Below, piece after piece: positions 29,647-38,622 of a DNA stretch of 55,195 nt (positions are counted from its first letter, which is position 1; each line of letters begins with the position of its first letter). Origin of the DNA: Gammaproteobacteria bacterium (GTDB taxonomy: Bacteria; Pseudomonadota; Gammaproteobacteria; Pseudomonadales; Oleiphilaceae); NCBI GenBank assembly GCA_030427465.1, contig JAUIAZ010000001.1:1-55195 (forward strand). The letters are read 5' to 3'. A program made the position numbers and the translations under genes. The notes under the pieces are model-generated. The model was not told where the DNA came from, ran no database searches, and worked only from the letters and a program-made list of their open reading frames with translations.

Positions 29647-31134
29647 TTAAAATCGATATTCCCAGCTGGCCTCAATAGCGGCCTGCTCCCATTCCACAAT
29701 TTGCGAAACGGGCTCTTCACTCAGCCAGCGAATGCCGAGCCGCCCCCGACCACCGAAAACGTAGTCGGAGTAGCTGGCTTGAAACATCAGCAACTCCTGC
29801 GCACCGGGAGACAGCGGATTCAGGCCGGTGTCATCACGATTCAGATCCAGTTGACCCAAAACCAGGTCTGCCTGCTTGCCATCCTGAGCCTGCCAATTCA
29901 TACCCACCAAAAAGGCACGACTGTCGTTATCCGTTGTTGCCCCAAGGCTGCGATCTCTGAATCGGTAACCACTTTGATAGATGGAGTGGTTATAGGCCAC
30001 GTTAAAATCCTGGCCTCTGAGCGCCCCCGCAGTGGTATCCATGACTTCTGCATACACCTTGAGGAAACTAGTGCCTGAAGGCAAGGCCCATTGTGTCTGG
30101 GCACCAAACTGAACCAGGTACTCGGTAGGCAAAATGCCCGCTTCGTCCTCGCCGATGGCCTGAAAGTACAGGGCACTGGCAAAACGATCGGCCAGCAAGA
30201 ACTTATACCGGGCATCGAATCCGCCCAGCTGGTTTCCGGCTCCGCCCTCAGTGTTTTCATCCTGAGCAAGCAGCGACTTCCAGAAGGCCTTGAAGCCATT
30301 GTCCCGGTCTTCCCCGCCCCACATCATGGCGCGGCTGAACCCGATCTCCAGCGAAGGGATGGGCTGTACAACCAGACGCATGCCAGTTACCCGCGCATCG
30401 GGTATCACCCGGTCATCTTCGAGCATACCGACAAAACCCAATATCTGCATTCTGCCCAGCCAACTTAACCAGGGGGTTTCGAACGAAAAGGCTTCCCGGT
30501 TCCGCGCAAACACACTTTTAACGGGACGTGCGCTATTGGACAGAATCAGACTGGTATAGTTACCCGGTCCCCACCAACGGTCAAAGGCGCCAGCACCGAG
30601 AACCACCGGCCCAGCGACTGCAGCAACGAACGATCCGTCATAGCGTATCTGAAACGTGTCGTCGCCCGGATCGGTCTCAATGGAGGGGCTCAGACCTACG
30701 GCCAGGAAGTCCCCATCCCATTGCAGATCGGTTGAGATACTGCCTTTCTCAAGGCTTCCGTCATCGCGGGTGCGCAGGCCATCGCGGCTGTTGCTGCCGG
30801 CCAGGGTAATGCTGGTCTTGATGCCATTGGCCGTATGTCGCCGGAGTTCGAACTCCAGCTCTTCCAGAGCCTGTATCTGCAGGGTGGACAGAAATCTGCG
30901 CTGCTCCCGGGTAACCGAACCCAAGGCCGCGTGCACATCTGCCCACAAAATCGGCCAGGTGGTGAGAGGCACGGAGAAAACGCCGCTGTCGTTAAGCCAT
31001 TCCAGGTTGTGCCGGGTACGGCTGTCTGAAATGTCTACCCAGGGTGAGGCTAATACAGTGCTGCTCAATAAACAGGCGAAAAGGCTCCCGAGAAGCCAGG
31101 TCGACTTGCGAGCGTTTCTTATTCTCGTGGACAA
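29647..31134 (-). CDS. wzi: Wzi-family outer-membrane capsule-assembly protein (beta-barrel)
   Basis: 495 aa with a signal peptide. N-terminal SDSRTRHNLEWLNDSGVFSVPLTTWPILWADV resembles the Wzi family and the C-terminus ends in aromatic F. The TTG start has a weak SD, so the start is less certain. Confidence 0.65.
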   Translation of the reverse strand: MSTRIRNARKSTWLLGSLFACLLSSTVLASPWVDISDSRTRHNLEWLNDSGVFSVPLTTWPILWADVHAALGSVTREQRRFLSTLQIQALEELEFELRRHTANGIKTSITLAGSNSRDGLRTRDDGSLEKGSISTDLQWDGDFLAVGLSPSIETDPGDDTFQIRYDGSFVAAVAGPVVLGAGAFDRWWGPGNYTSLILSNSARPVKSVFARNREAFSFETPWLSWLGRMQILGFVGMLEDDRVIPDARVTGMRLVVQPIPSLEIGFSRAMMWGGEDRDNGFKAFWKSLLAQDENTEGGAGNQLGGFDARYKFLLADRFASALYFQAIGEDEAGILPTEYLVQFGAQTQWALPSGTSFLKVYAEVMDTTAGALRGQDFNVAYNHSIYQSGYRFRDRSLGATTDNDSRAFLVGMNWQAQDGKQADLVLGQLDLNRDDTGLNPLSPGAQELLMFQASYSDYVFGGRGRLGIRWLSEEPVSQIVEWEQAAIEASWEYRF

Positions 31135-31242
31135 GTGTGTGTAGCTCGGAATGATTTACGACGTAGTAAGGCCACCCTACCAGAAAATCTCTGAGGTCTG
31201 GAAGTCCCGAGAGCGGGTTCCCGTAAGAATTAATCGATTTGT

Positions 31243-31280
31243 TCAAAAGACAAACAAAAAGGAAGACCGGGGCCTTCCTT
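31243..31280 (-). terminator. Rho-independent terminator downstream of the H-NS-like gene
   Basis: Minus strand reads AAGGAAG-GCCCCGGT-CTTCCTT followed by TTTGTTTGTCTTTT. That is a 7-bp stem, an 8-nt loop and a U-rich tail, about 80 nt after the stop at 31360. Confidence 0.6.
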
Positions 31281-31359
31281 TATTGGCTCACCCGACAGAC
31301 AATATATGGACGGAAATTGATCTGTCGCTTGGCGGGTCTGGGTTTTTCTGAGTAGAACT

Positions 31360-31743
31360 TTATTCCTGAACCCAGGAAGCAACCGTTTCTTTTCCATGTT
31401 CGGCACGCCACTCATTCAAAGTCTTGTGATTGCCGCCCTTGGTTTTGACGGTTTCACCGGTATGGGGGTTGACGTAGGTTTTCATCGGGCGTGAAGCGCG
31501 GCGCTTGTCGTTTTTGGCGGCTTTCTTACGGGCCGGCGCCTTGCTGGGTGTGGCCGGACGGTCACCATCAAGCAGGCTGATGACTTCACTGGCGCTGACT
31601 CCATGTTTTGTCATCAAAGTCTGCAGCTTTTTCCTGAAATCGATCACTTTTTTCACATCCGGGTGGGTCTTGAGTGCTTCGACTTTGCTATTCAGATCGC
31701 TGGCGGCATTGATGGTTTCCAGATACTGGTTGTATTTGCTCAT
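31360..31743 (-). CDS. H-NS-family nucleoid-associated DNA-binding protein
   Basis: 127 aa. Has an N-terminal coiled-coil, a basic linker (KKAAKNDKRRASRP) and the C-terminal YVNPHTGETVKTKGGNHKTLNEW motif typical of H-NS-like C-domains. Confidence 0.75.
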   Translation of the reverse strand: MSKYNQYLETINAASDLNSKVEALKTHPDVKKVIDFRKKLQTLMTKHGVSASEVISLLDGDRPATPSKAPARKKAAKNDKRRASRPMKTYVNPHTGETVKTKGGNHKTLNEWRAEHGKETVASWVQE

Positions 31744-31938
31744 GGATGTGCAGAACCTTTTATCAGATAATCAAAAATTGTTTAAACAGTTGGATAAATA
31801 ATCGAGTGATCTATTTCGCCTAAATATATATGGCAACACAAATATTGTCCAACTTGGGATCAATAATTTTTGTAGAGGTTTATATAAACCATTGCAAAAA
31901 CCTGGAGTAAGATTTTTATAAAAGGGTAAGGAAACCGC

Positions 31939-32268
31939 ATGAAATCGTTCCAAGTTATTCGTTTGGCTTCACTAATACTTTGCCTGCTGTTCCATGGATC
32001 ACTGTTTGCTGGAAACAAAGAGAAGGAAAGCTTTGAAAAAAGGCATGCAGCCTGCCCTAACAGCCGTTCCGGTGAGACAGTGAATATCAACACGGCACCT
32101 GCGGACCATATAGCCCGCCTCATCCATGGTGTTGGTTTACGCACCGCCGAGGCGGTGGTTCTTTTCCGTATCGAGAGTGGGCCTTTCCTGAATATTGAAG
32201 AACTGTTGGCCGTAAAAGGCATTGGGCGAAAACTGTTGAGCCGGAATCTCTGCCGGATAAAATTATAG
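31939..32268 (+). CDS. ComEA-family periplasmic helix-hairpin-helix DNA-binding protein
   Basis: 109 aa. Signal peptide, then VNINTAPADHIARLIHGVGLRTAEAVV...IEELLAVKGIGRKLL (tandem HhH). Confidence 0.75.
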   Translation: MKSFQVIRLASLILCLLFHGSLFAGNKEKESFEKRHAACPNSRSGETVNINTAPADHIARLIHGVGLRTAEAVVLFRIESGPFLNIEELLAVKGIGRKLLSRNLCRIKL

Positions 32269-32269
32269 A

Positions 32270-32611
32270 TCAGTGTTTGGCCTTCCGGTGCCTGCGTACG
32301 CGAGGCATATAATCATCCGGCCGGGTTCTGATCCAACCAATATACTCATTGATAATAGGCAGTTGCCGAATACTTTCGAGGTCATGGTAGTGAAGCGCAA
32401 GATCATATTCGCTGGCCGCACGATGTATCATTGAGTGGCACGGACGGCAAACCCAGAGGATCTGCGTCAGGCGCTGAACCTTATCGAAACGCTTCTTTAT
32501 TGCCTTGCGTTTGTGTTGGGATCGCGGAATCAGATGGTGCACGGTCAGCTCAGGCGTCTTGCGCCGACATAATTCGCAATATTCCGTTTTCTCTCGCTTT
32601 CTGTATGACAT
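32270..32611 (-). CDS. Small HNH endonuclease-family protein
   Basis: Start trimmed to MSYRKREKTEYCELC. Cys pairs CELC...CRPC bracket HHLIPRS and H..IH (HNH-type zinc finger). Confidence 0.7.
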   Translation of the reverse strand: MSYRKREKTEYCELCRRKTPELTVHHLIPRSQHKRKAIKKRFDKVQRLTQILWVCRPCHSMIHRAASEYDLALHYHDLESIRQLPIINEYIGWIRTRPDDYMPRVRRHRKAKH

Positions 32612-32666
32612 AGTCGGTATCCTGATACGCTTCTTACGTGCGATCAAAACAAAACTATCAAACATT

Positions 32667-34112
32667 ATGAGCCAGGCTGTTTTTACTCAAGGCTCTACCT
32701 TCAGGCATCTGTTGACCATGACCTTCTCCGGAGCGGTTGGACTGATGGCCCTGTTTCTGGTGGATCTGGTCGACATATATTTTCTTTCCTTACTGGGAGA
32801 ACAGGAACTCGCAGCGGCTGTCGGTTTTGCCGGCACCCTGCTGTTTTTTCTGACCTCATTGGGTATTGGCTTGTCGATCGGCATGGGTGCCAAGGTCTCA
32901 CAGGCACTCGGCGCAAGGGAAGTTGAAAAGGCCCGCAGACGGTGTACGCATATAGCGATTTTTTCCTTCGTGCTGTTGACCGTTGCCAGTCTTTGCATGG
33001 GGCTGTACGCTCGCGAACTACTTGCCGGGCTTGGCGCAGAAGGCCGGACGCTGGATCTGGCCGAGCGCTATACACTCATACTGATGCCTACCGCCCCATT
33101 TCTGGGTTTGGCGATTGCCCTGACCGCCGCCTTGCGTGCTTGCGGGGATGCGCGGCGGTCCATGTATGCCACCCTGAGTGGAGGCGTGGTCAACGCGGTA
33201 CTGGACCCGATTCTGATATTTGGCGTCGGCTGGGGCTTTGACGGAGCAGCCTGGGCCTCCTTCGTGGCCCGGATGGTGATTTTCATCATTGCCATTTATC
33301 AGCTACAGTCGAAACACGGGATGCTGGTACGCCCCAGGCCCGAAAAGGCCCTTGAAGATATCCGTCGTTTCATGAGCGTATCCGGGCCAGCTTGTCTGAC
33401 CAGCATGGCCACCCCGATCGGTAATACCTATGTCATGTATTCAATGGCGACCTTTGGTGACAGTGCGGTTGCGGGGTCTGCCATCATCGGTCGTATCGTA
33501 CCGGTGGCTTTCGCCGTGCTGTTCGCATTATCCGGAGCCATAGGCCCCATCATCGGTCAGAATCTTGGCGCCAGGCTACTGCAGCGGGTCAGGCAAACGC
33601 TCAAAGAAGCAGTGCTGTTCACAGCGGCCTATGTCGGCACAGTCTGGGTGATTCTGTTTTTGTCGGCGGAATGGATCGTTGCTGTGTTTGATGCCCAGGG
33701 GGATGCCAGAATGCTGCTGCTTGCCTATTGCCACTGGGTTTGTCTGCTGTTTTTCTTCAATGGGGTGCTGTTTGTGGCCAACGCCACCTTCAACAACATC
33801 AACCGTGCGCCCCTGGCCACCGTCTTCAATCTGTCACGCAGTCTGCTGGGTACCCTGCCCTTTGTTACCTTGCTGGCTCTGTATCTCGGCCCGCTGGGTG
33901 TGGTACTGGGTGATCTCGCCGGTGCCGTCGTCTGGGGCAGTATTGCTCTGGTCACCGCGTTCCGCCAATTGAACCGGCTGCAGGATGCTCACAAAGGCTT
34001 CGATGCAGCCGCTGACAATCAGGAGCTGGCCTGCGAGAACTGGCCCTACAGCAGCGGCAAAACCGCAATAGCCCAGCAACTGGCCCGACACAATCAGGAC
34101 CCTTCCGGCTGA
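32667..34112 (+). CDS. MATE-family efflux transporter
   Basis: 481 aa from the ATG at 32667 (MSQAVFTQGSTFRHLL). About 12 TM segments. The upstream part of the long ORF overlaps the HNH gene and was discarded. Confidence 0.8.
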   Translation: MSQAVFTQGSTFRHLLTMTFSGAVGLMALFLVDLVDIYFLSLLGEQELAAAVGFAGTLLFFLTSLGIGLSIGMGAKVSQALGAREVEKARRRCTHIAIFSFVLLTVASLCMGLYARELLAGLGAEGRTLDLAERYTLILMPTAPFLGLAIALTAALRACGDARRSMYATLSGGVVNAVLDPILIFGVGWGFDGAAWASFVARMVIFIIAIYQLQSKHGMLVRPRPEKALEDIRRFMSVSGPACLTSMATPIGNTYVMYSMATFGDSAVAGSAIIGRIVPVAFAVLFALSGAIGPIIGQNLGARLLQRVRQTLKEAVLFTAAYVGTVWVILFLSAEWIVAVFDAQGDARMLLLAYCHWVCLLFFFNGVLFVANATFNNINRAPLATVFNLSRSLLGTLPFVTLLALYLGPLGVVLGDLAGAVVWGSIALVTAFRQLNRLQDAHKGFDAAADNQELACENWPYSSGKTAIAQQLARHNQDPSG

Positions 34113-35716
34113 TCACGAAGGGCGGGCAAGCGGATCCTGAAGGCTGTACCGCGACCCGGCTCACTCTCAACGCTGATACTACCCCTATGGTCCTGAACGA
34201 TTCCCTGACTGATAGCCAGCCCCAGGCCGGTTCCCTCACCGACAGCTTTGGTGGTGAAAAAGGGGTCGAACAGCTTGTCCAGATGCTCAGGCGATATACC
34301 GCAGCCATTGTCGATCACCATGATTTCCACATTACCATCCTCTTCCCGGGCAGTAACGCGGATTTCACCCTTGTCTTCAATCGCCTGCCCGGCGTTCACC
34401 AGAAGGTTCATGATCACCTGGCTGATTTTGCCCCGATTGAAATAGAAAGGCAGAATGGGTTCCAGATCCAGAACGACTTCACCCTGGTATTTGAGCTGAC
34501 TGGCTGCAATCCGGTATGTCGCTTCAATGCAGTCGTTCAGATTTTCCAGGCTGATACCGCTCTGGTCACTTCTGGCGTACTCCTTGAGCCCCTGGATAAT
34601 ACCGGATACCCTATCAATGCCAGAGAGGCTTTCTTCGATCAGCTGTGCTGAGTCTTGCTGTATAAACTCGATATCCGCGGCTTTCCGCTGTTTCAGGTAC
34701 TCCTCCGATTCGAGTAAATCCGGCTGATGTTTCCGCAGACTGGATTCAAGGAAGTCCGTATAGGCCTGATAGGTCTGCAGATACCCTTTCATGCTACCGA
34801 GATTGCCTTTGATAAAAGCAATCGGGTTATTGATTTCATGTGCCACGCCGGCACTGAGCTGGCCCAGGGACGCCAGCTTTTCCGCATGCACCAGTTGCTT
34901 CTGGGCCGACTGCAGGTTTTCGTAGGCTGCAGCCAGTTCCATGTTCTTGCGAGTGAGCTGCCCGGTTCGCCGTTTGACGCGGTCTTCGAGCTCCTGATTC
35001 AGACTTTCCAGTTGTTGCTGGTACTGGTCGCGCCTTGCCCGGGTCAGTTTCAATTGGTCAGCCATGCGGTTAAATGACTCTCCTACTTCCCCGATTTCAT
35101 CACTGCCGATGGCCGGGGTGCGGAACTCCAGATCGCCGCGACTGATCTGTTGGGCCGCATCTCGCAACAATCTCAGCCGGCGTGTCAGCAGAGTACCCAG
35201 CACCAGAGAAAAGACCGCTACCAACCCCATTTCGGCGACTGCCAGTGTCACGGCGATGTCTCTTGCCTGTCTCAGGTGGGCCGTGGTCACCTGGTCGGAT
35301 ACACCCAGTTGCACCCAGCCGTAAGTTCGCCCGCCGACTTCGATTGGCCAGGTAATATCATAGTAGGCATCCTGAATCAGGGCGGATTCCTTGTCCTCCT
35401 TGAAGGTGCGCTGAAGCAGACTTTCCTCACCCGCCTCAGCCAGCGGCATTTCTGTATCACGCAGGATGCGCACATAGCCGACTTCCGGTTCCTGCACAAT
35501 TTCGGCAACCAGACTTTCCAGAGTCGCCAGATCGTGACCGAGAACCGCATCCTGGGCGGTGCGTGCGAATAACGCAGCGGTGGTTTCTGCATAGCGCTGC
35601 AAACTGTATTCAGAAGCCTCGCGCATCTGTTGAAGCACAACGGTAATCAGCACCAGCAGCAGTGCCGCTTCGATCAAAGCGACACCAAGTACCGTGCGCC
35701 AGCGAAAGGGAAGCAT
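34094..35716 (-). CDS. Sensor histidine kinase (2 TM, periplasmic domain, HAMP, HisKA, HATPase_c)
   Basis: HAMP region ([20 protein letters not shown]), H-box [10 protein letters not shown], and G-boxes DNGCGI / GTGLGLAIS. The ATG at 35716 overlaps the upstream stop (TGATG). A TTG at 35719 is an alternative start. Confidence 0.85.
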   Translation of the reverse strand: MLPFRWRTVLGVALIEAALLLVLITVVLQQMREASEYSLQRYAETTAALFARTAQDAVLGHDLATLESLVAEIVQEPEVGYVRILRDTEMPLAEAGEESLLQRTFKEDKESALIQDAYYDITWPIEVGGRTYGWVQLGVSDQVTTAHLRQARDIAVTLAVAEMGLVAVFSLVLGTLLTRRLRLLRDAAQQISRGDLEFRTPAIGSDEIGEVGESFNRMADQLKLTRARRDQYQQQLESLNQELEDRVKRRTGQLTRKNMELAAAYENLQSAQKQLVHAEKLASLGQLSAGVAHEINNPIAFIKGNLGSMKGYLQTYQAYTDFLESSLRKHQPDLLESEEYLKQRKAADIEFIQQDSAQLIEESLSGIDRVSGIIQGLKEYARSDQSGISLENLNDCIEATYRIAASQLKYQGEVVLDLEPILPFYFNRGKISQVIMNLLVNAGQAIEDKGEIRVTAREEDGNVEIMVIDNGCGISPEHLDKLFDPFFTTKAVGEGTGLGLAISQGIVQDHRGSISVESEPGRGTAFRIRLPALRDQPEGS

Positions 35717-36543
35717 CAAGGGTCCAGCAGATCAATGTTGAGCTGGCGTACGTCGTCCCAGGCCTCATGGCTGGCAGGCCCGAAACCCTTGTTGACCCTG
35801 ATACTCCGGAGCAGAGCTCTGCCGGTCTCATCATCTGATAGGCCGACCAGTGCCTTCAGCAGTCGCTGCCGTGCGTTTTCCGGTAGCCCGGGCCGGGTGG
35901 CTATGGCATGTGGGGTAAACCCCGGACTCGACCAGAGTACTCTCAGGTTGTCCCGCACTTCCGGTGCCATGGTATTGAACGTGCGCTGAACCCCGCCACC
36001 GGCTTTGAAAAGCCCGCGGCTGACATTGAGATAAACCGAATCATGGGAGGAGACATATACCGGTTTGACTGTAATGCCATAGCTTTGCAGGGTCGCGCGC
36101 GGAATTACCGAGGCGGCGAAAGCGGCGGGCGCCGGAAATGCCATCTCAGTGCCGGCCAGATCCGTCAGACTGTTGAATTCACTGTCTCTGGGTACCACGA
36201 TGATGCCTTTGATGGGCTGGTCTGTCCGGTGGGCCAGGGCCTGATAGCCGGGTTGTTCGCTGAACACGGTATAGTGATAAGGGTTCATGTAGGCAACATC
36301 GTATTGACCATGCCTGACCCGTTCCTCGAAAGTCGGAATGTCACGCGCGGTGGAAAACAGAAGCGTCATGCCGCTGAGTTTGCCGAGGTGCTCGAGGATC
36401 GGTGTCCAGACCTGGGCCAAACGGGTTGCAGACTGTTGCGGAACAATCCCGAAAACCAGCGTTTCGGCACGCAGACAAAAAGCTGCGGACAGCAAGAGCC
36501 AGCCGGGTAACAGTTGTTTTGTCAGCAGGCGTTTTAGGGGCAT
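35716..36543 (-). CDS. Periplasmic PhnD/SsuA-like (phosphonate-type) substrate-binding protein, kinase-associated
   Basis: Start trimmed to MPLKRLLTKQLLPGWLLLSAAFC (signal peptide). LVFGIVPQQSATRLAQVW resembles the PhnD-like PBP family. Confidence 0.7.
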   Translation of the reverse strand: MPLKRLLTKQLLPGWLLLSAAFCLRAETLVFGIVPQQSATRLAQVWTPILEHLGKLSGMTLLFSTARDIPTFEERVRHGQYDVAYMNPYHYTVFSEQPGYQALAHRTDQPIKGIIVVPRDSEFNSLTDLAGTEMAFPAPAAFAASVIPRATLQSYGITVKPVYVSSHDSVYLNVSRGLFKAGGGVQRTFNTMAPEVRDNLRVLWSSPGFTPHAIATRPGLPENARQRLLKALVGLSDDETGRALLRSIRVNKGFGPASHEAWDDVRQLNIDLLDP

Positions 36544-36684
36544 GACGTCTCCTCTGAAGTGCCGGAATTCGCTGAACTTAAGCATAGACCAGACGCGACC
36601 GGATGACGCTTTCTGGCCCAGCGCGTATACTGCGGCGCTGGAATTGCCTTCCGGCAAGCTTTCACCAACCCTGGACTATCGACA

Positions 36685-38622
36685 ATGCCCCTGCTTTCAC
36701 TCGAAAAAATCAGCCTGGCCTATGGACTTAAGCCGCTTCTGGATGAGGTGACTTTCAACATCGAGGAAGGCGAAAAAATTGCGCTGGTGGGTCGCAATGG
36801 CGAAGGCAAATCAAGTCTTATGAAAGTGCTGGCCGGATTGCAGGAAGCAGACAGTGGCGAGCGAAACCCTGAAGATGGCCTGGTGATTGGTTACCTGGAT
36901 CAAAAGCTGCCGGAACGTAACTCGGAAACCGTATTCGACCGGGTGGCCATGGGTTTGCCACGGGCCGGCGCCCTGCTCAAGGAGTTCCACCAGCTCAGCC
37001 AGGGAAGCCTGGAAGGGGCGGACCTTGAGCGATTCACCCACTTGCAGAGCGAAATGGAAGAGCAGGATGCCTGGTCCCTTCAGCAGCGCGTAGATACGGT
37101 GCTTTCGCGCTTTGAGTTGCTCCCGGACGTGCGCATGGATGCCCTGAGTGGAGGCTGGAGACGACGGGTCATGCTGGCTCGCACACTGGTCGCGGAGCCG
37201 CGTTTGCTGCTTCTGGATGAGCCAACCAACCACCTGGACATTCCGGCCATTGAGTGGCTGGAAGGCTTTATCGAAAGCTATCACGGCAGTATGGTGGTGA
37301 TCACCCACGACCGTCGTTTTCTTTCCCATATTGTTAACCGGGTCATCGAACTGGACCGTGGCAAGCTCTACAGCCATACCGGAAGCTATGACAGCTACCT
37401 GGCGCAACGGGAAAAGCGTCTGGCAGACGAGGCCCGCGAGCAGGCATTGTTCGACAAGAAACTGGCCGAAGAGGAAGCCTGGATCCGCCAGGGTATCAAG
37501 GCACGCAGAACCCGCAACGAGGGCCGGGTTCGCGCGCTCAAGGCCTTACGGGTAGAACGACAGGATCGCCGTGAAGTCCAGGGTAAAGCGAGCCTGTCCC
37601 TGGAGAGCGCGGCCCAGAGCGGCAAGAAAGTGGTCGAAATCAACAGCCTCGGTTTTGGCTATGACGGCCAGTCATCCATCATACGGGATTTCAGCTTCAC
37701 CCTGTTGCGCGGGGACCGCGTGGGCATACTCGGGGGTAACGGCGCCGGGAAATCCACCCTGATCAAGCTGATGCTAGGCGATCTGGAGCCTGTCTCCGGC
37801 ACGGTTACCCTGGGTACGAAACTGAATATCGCCTATTTCGATCAGTTGCGGGAAGGTCTGGATCCGGGAAAAACCGTTCAGGACAATATCAGTGAGGGCC
37901 GTGAGTTTATTGAGATCAATGGTAAGCAGAAGCATATCATCGGCTACCTGGGAGAATTCCTGTTCCCGCCGGCGCGCTGCCGGACACCGGTCAGTGCCCT
38001 GTCCGGAGGCGAAACCAACCGTCTGTTGCTGGCCAAACTGTTCAGCAAGCCAGCGAACCTGCTGGTACTGGATGAACCCACCAATGATCTTGACCGGGAA
38101 ACCCTGGAGCTTCTGGAAGAACGCATCAGCGATTTCGAAGGCACACTCCTGGTTGTCAGCCACGACCGGGAGTTTCTGGAACAAGTGGTTACCTCGGTTC
38201 TCGCTTTCGAAGGCCAGGGGCACATTGGCGAGTATGTCGGCGGGTATGATGACTGGGTCCGTCAGGGTAAGGGCTTTGTGGACTGCCGGATTACGGATGA
38301 CCGGGAATCGCCGTCCGAAGTGGCCCCGGCTGATCAAAGGCCGGAGATCACAGCAGGCCAGACAGCCACTGGCACCGCATCAAAAAAGCCGCGAAAAAAG
38401 CTGAGCTATAAACTGCAGCGGGAGCTGGATGCTCTGCCGGGTGAAATTGAAGCCCTGGAAACAGAACTCGAAGCACAGCGCGAAACCGTCAATGACCCCG
38501 GCTTCTATCAGAGGCCCATGGAAGAGGTCAGCACTGAGCTGGCCGCCCTGACCGAACTGGAAGAACGCCTGGAAGCCCGCATGGAACGCTGGCTGGAAAT
38601 TGAAGAGGAAGCCGGTCATTAG
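36685..38622 (+). CDS. uup: ABC-F family ATPase Uup
   Basis: 645 aa. Two ABC cassettes (GRNGEGKSS and GGNGAGKST Walker A; LSGGWRRR / LSGGETNR signatures) plus a C-terminal coiled-coil domain. Confidence 0.9.
   Translation: MPLLSLEKISLAYGLKPLLDEVTFNIEEGEKIALVGRNGEGKSSLMKVLAGLQEADSGERNPEDGLVIGYLDQKLPERNSETVFDRVAMGLPRAGALLKEFHQLSQGSLEGADLERFTHLQSEMEEQDAWSLQQRVDTVLSRFELLPDVRMDALSGGWRRRVMLARTLVAEPRLLLLDEPTNHLDIPAIEWLEGFIESYHGSMVVITHDRRFLSHIVNRVIELDRGKLYSHTGSYDSYLAQREKRLADEAREQALFDKKLAEEEAWIRQGIKARRTRNEGRVRALKALRVERQDRREVQGKASLSLESAAQSGKKVVEINSLGFGYDGQSSIIRDFSFTLLRGDRVGILGGNGAGKSTLIKLMLGDLEPVSGTVTLGTKLNIAYFDQLREGLDPGKTVQDNISEGREFIEINGKQKHIIGYLGEFLFPPARCRTPVSALSGGETNRLLLAKLFSKPANLLVLDEPTNDLDRETLELLEERISDFEGTLLVVSHDREFLEQVVTSVLAFEGQGHIGEYVGGYDDWVRQGKGFVDCRITDDRESPSEVAPADQRPEITAGQTATGTASKKPRKKLSYKLQRELDALPGEIEALETELEAQRETVNDPGFYQRPMEEVSTELAALTELEERLEARMERWLEIEEEAGH

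Noticed and set aside
31135-31242. Search for an RfaH ops/JUMPStart element (GGCGGTAG on the minus strand) upstream of wzi
   Set aside because: No match to CTACCGCC on the plus strand was seen in this spacer, so none is reported. The locus promoter remains unidentified.
31151-31415. Small ORFs (66 and 61 aa) in the hns-wzi spacer
   Set aside because: They overlap the hns terminator hairpin or the hns 3' end and show no coding signature.
32505-32666. Upstream extension of the MATE ORF
   Set aside because: It overlaps the HNH gene on the opposite strand. The ATG at 32667 gives a normal MATE N-terminus.
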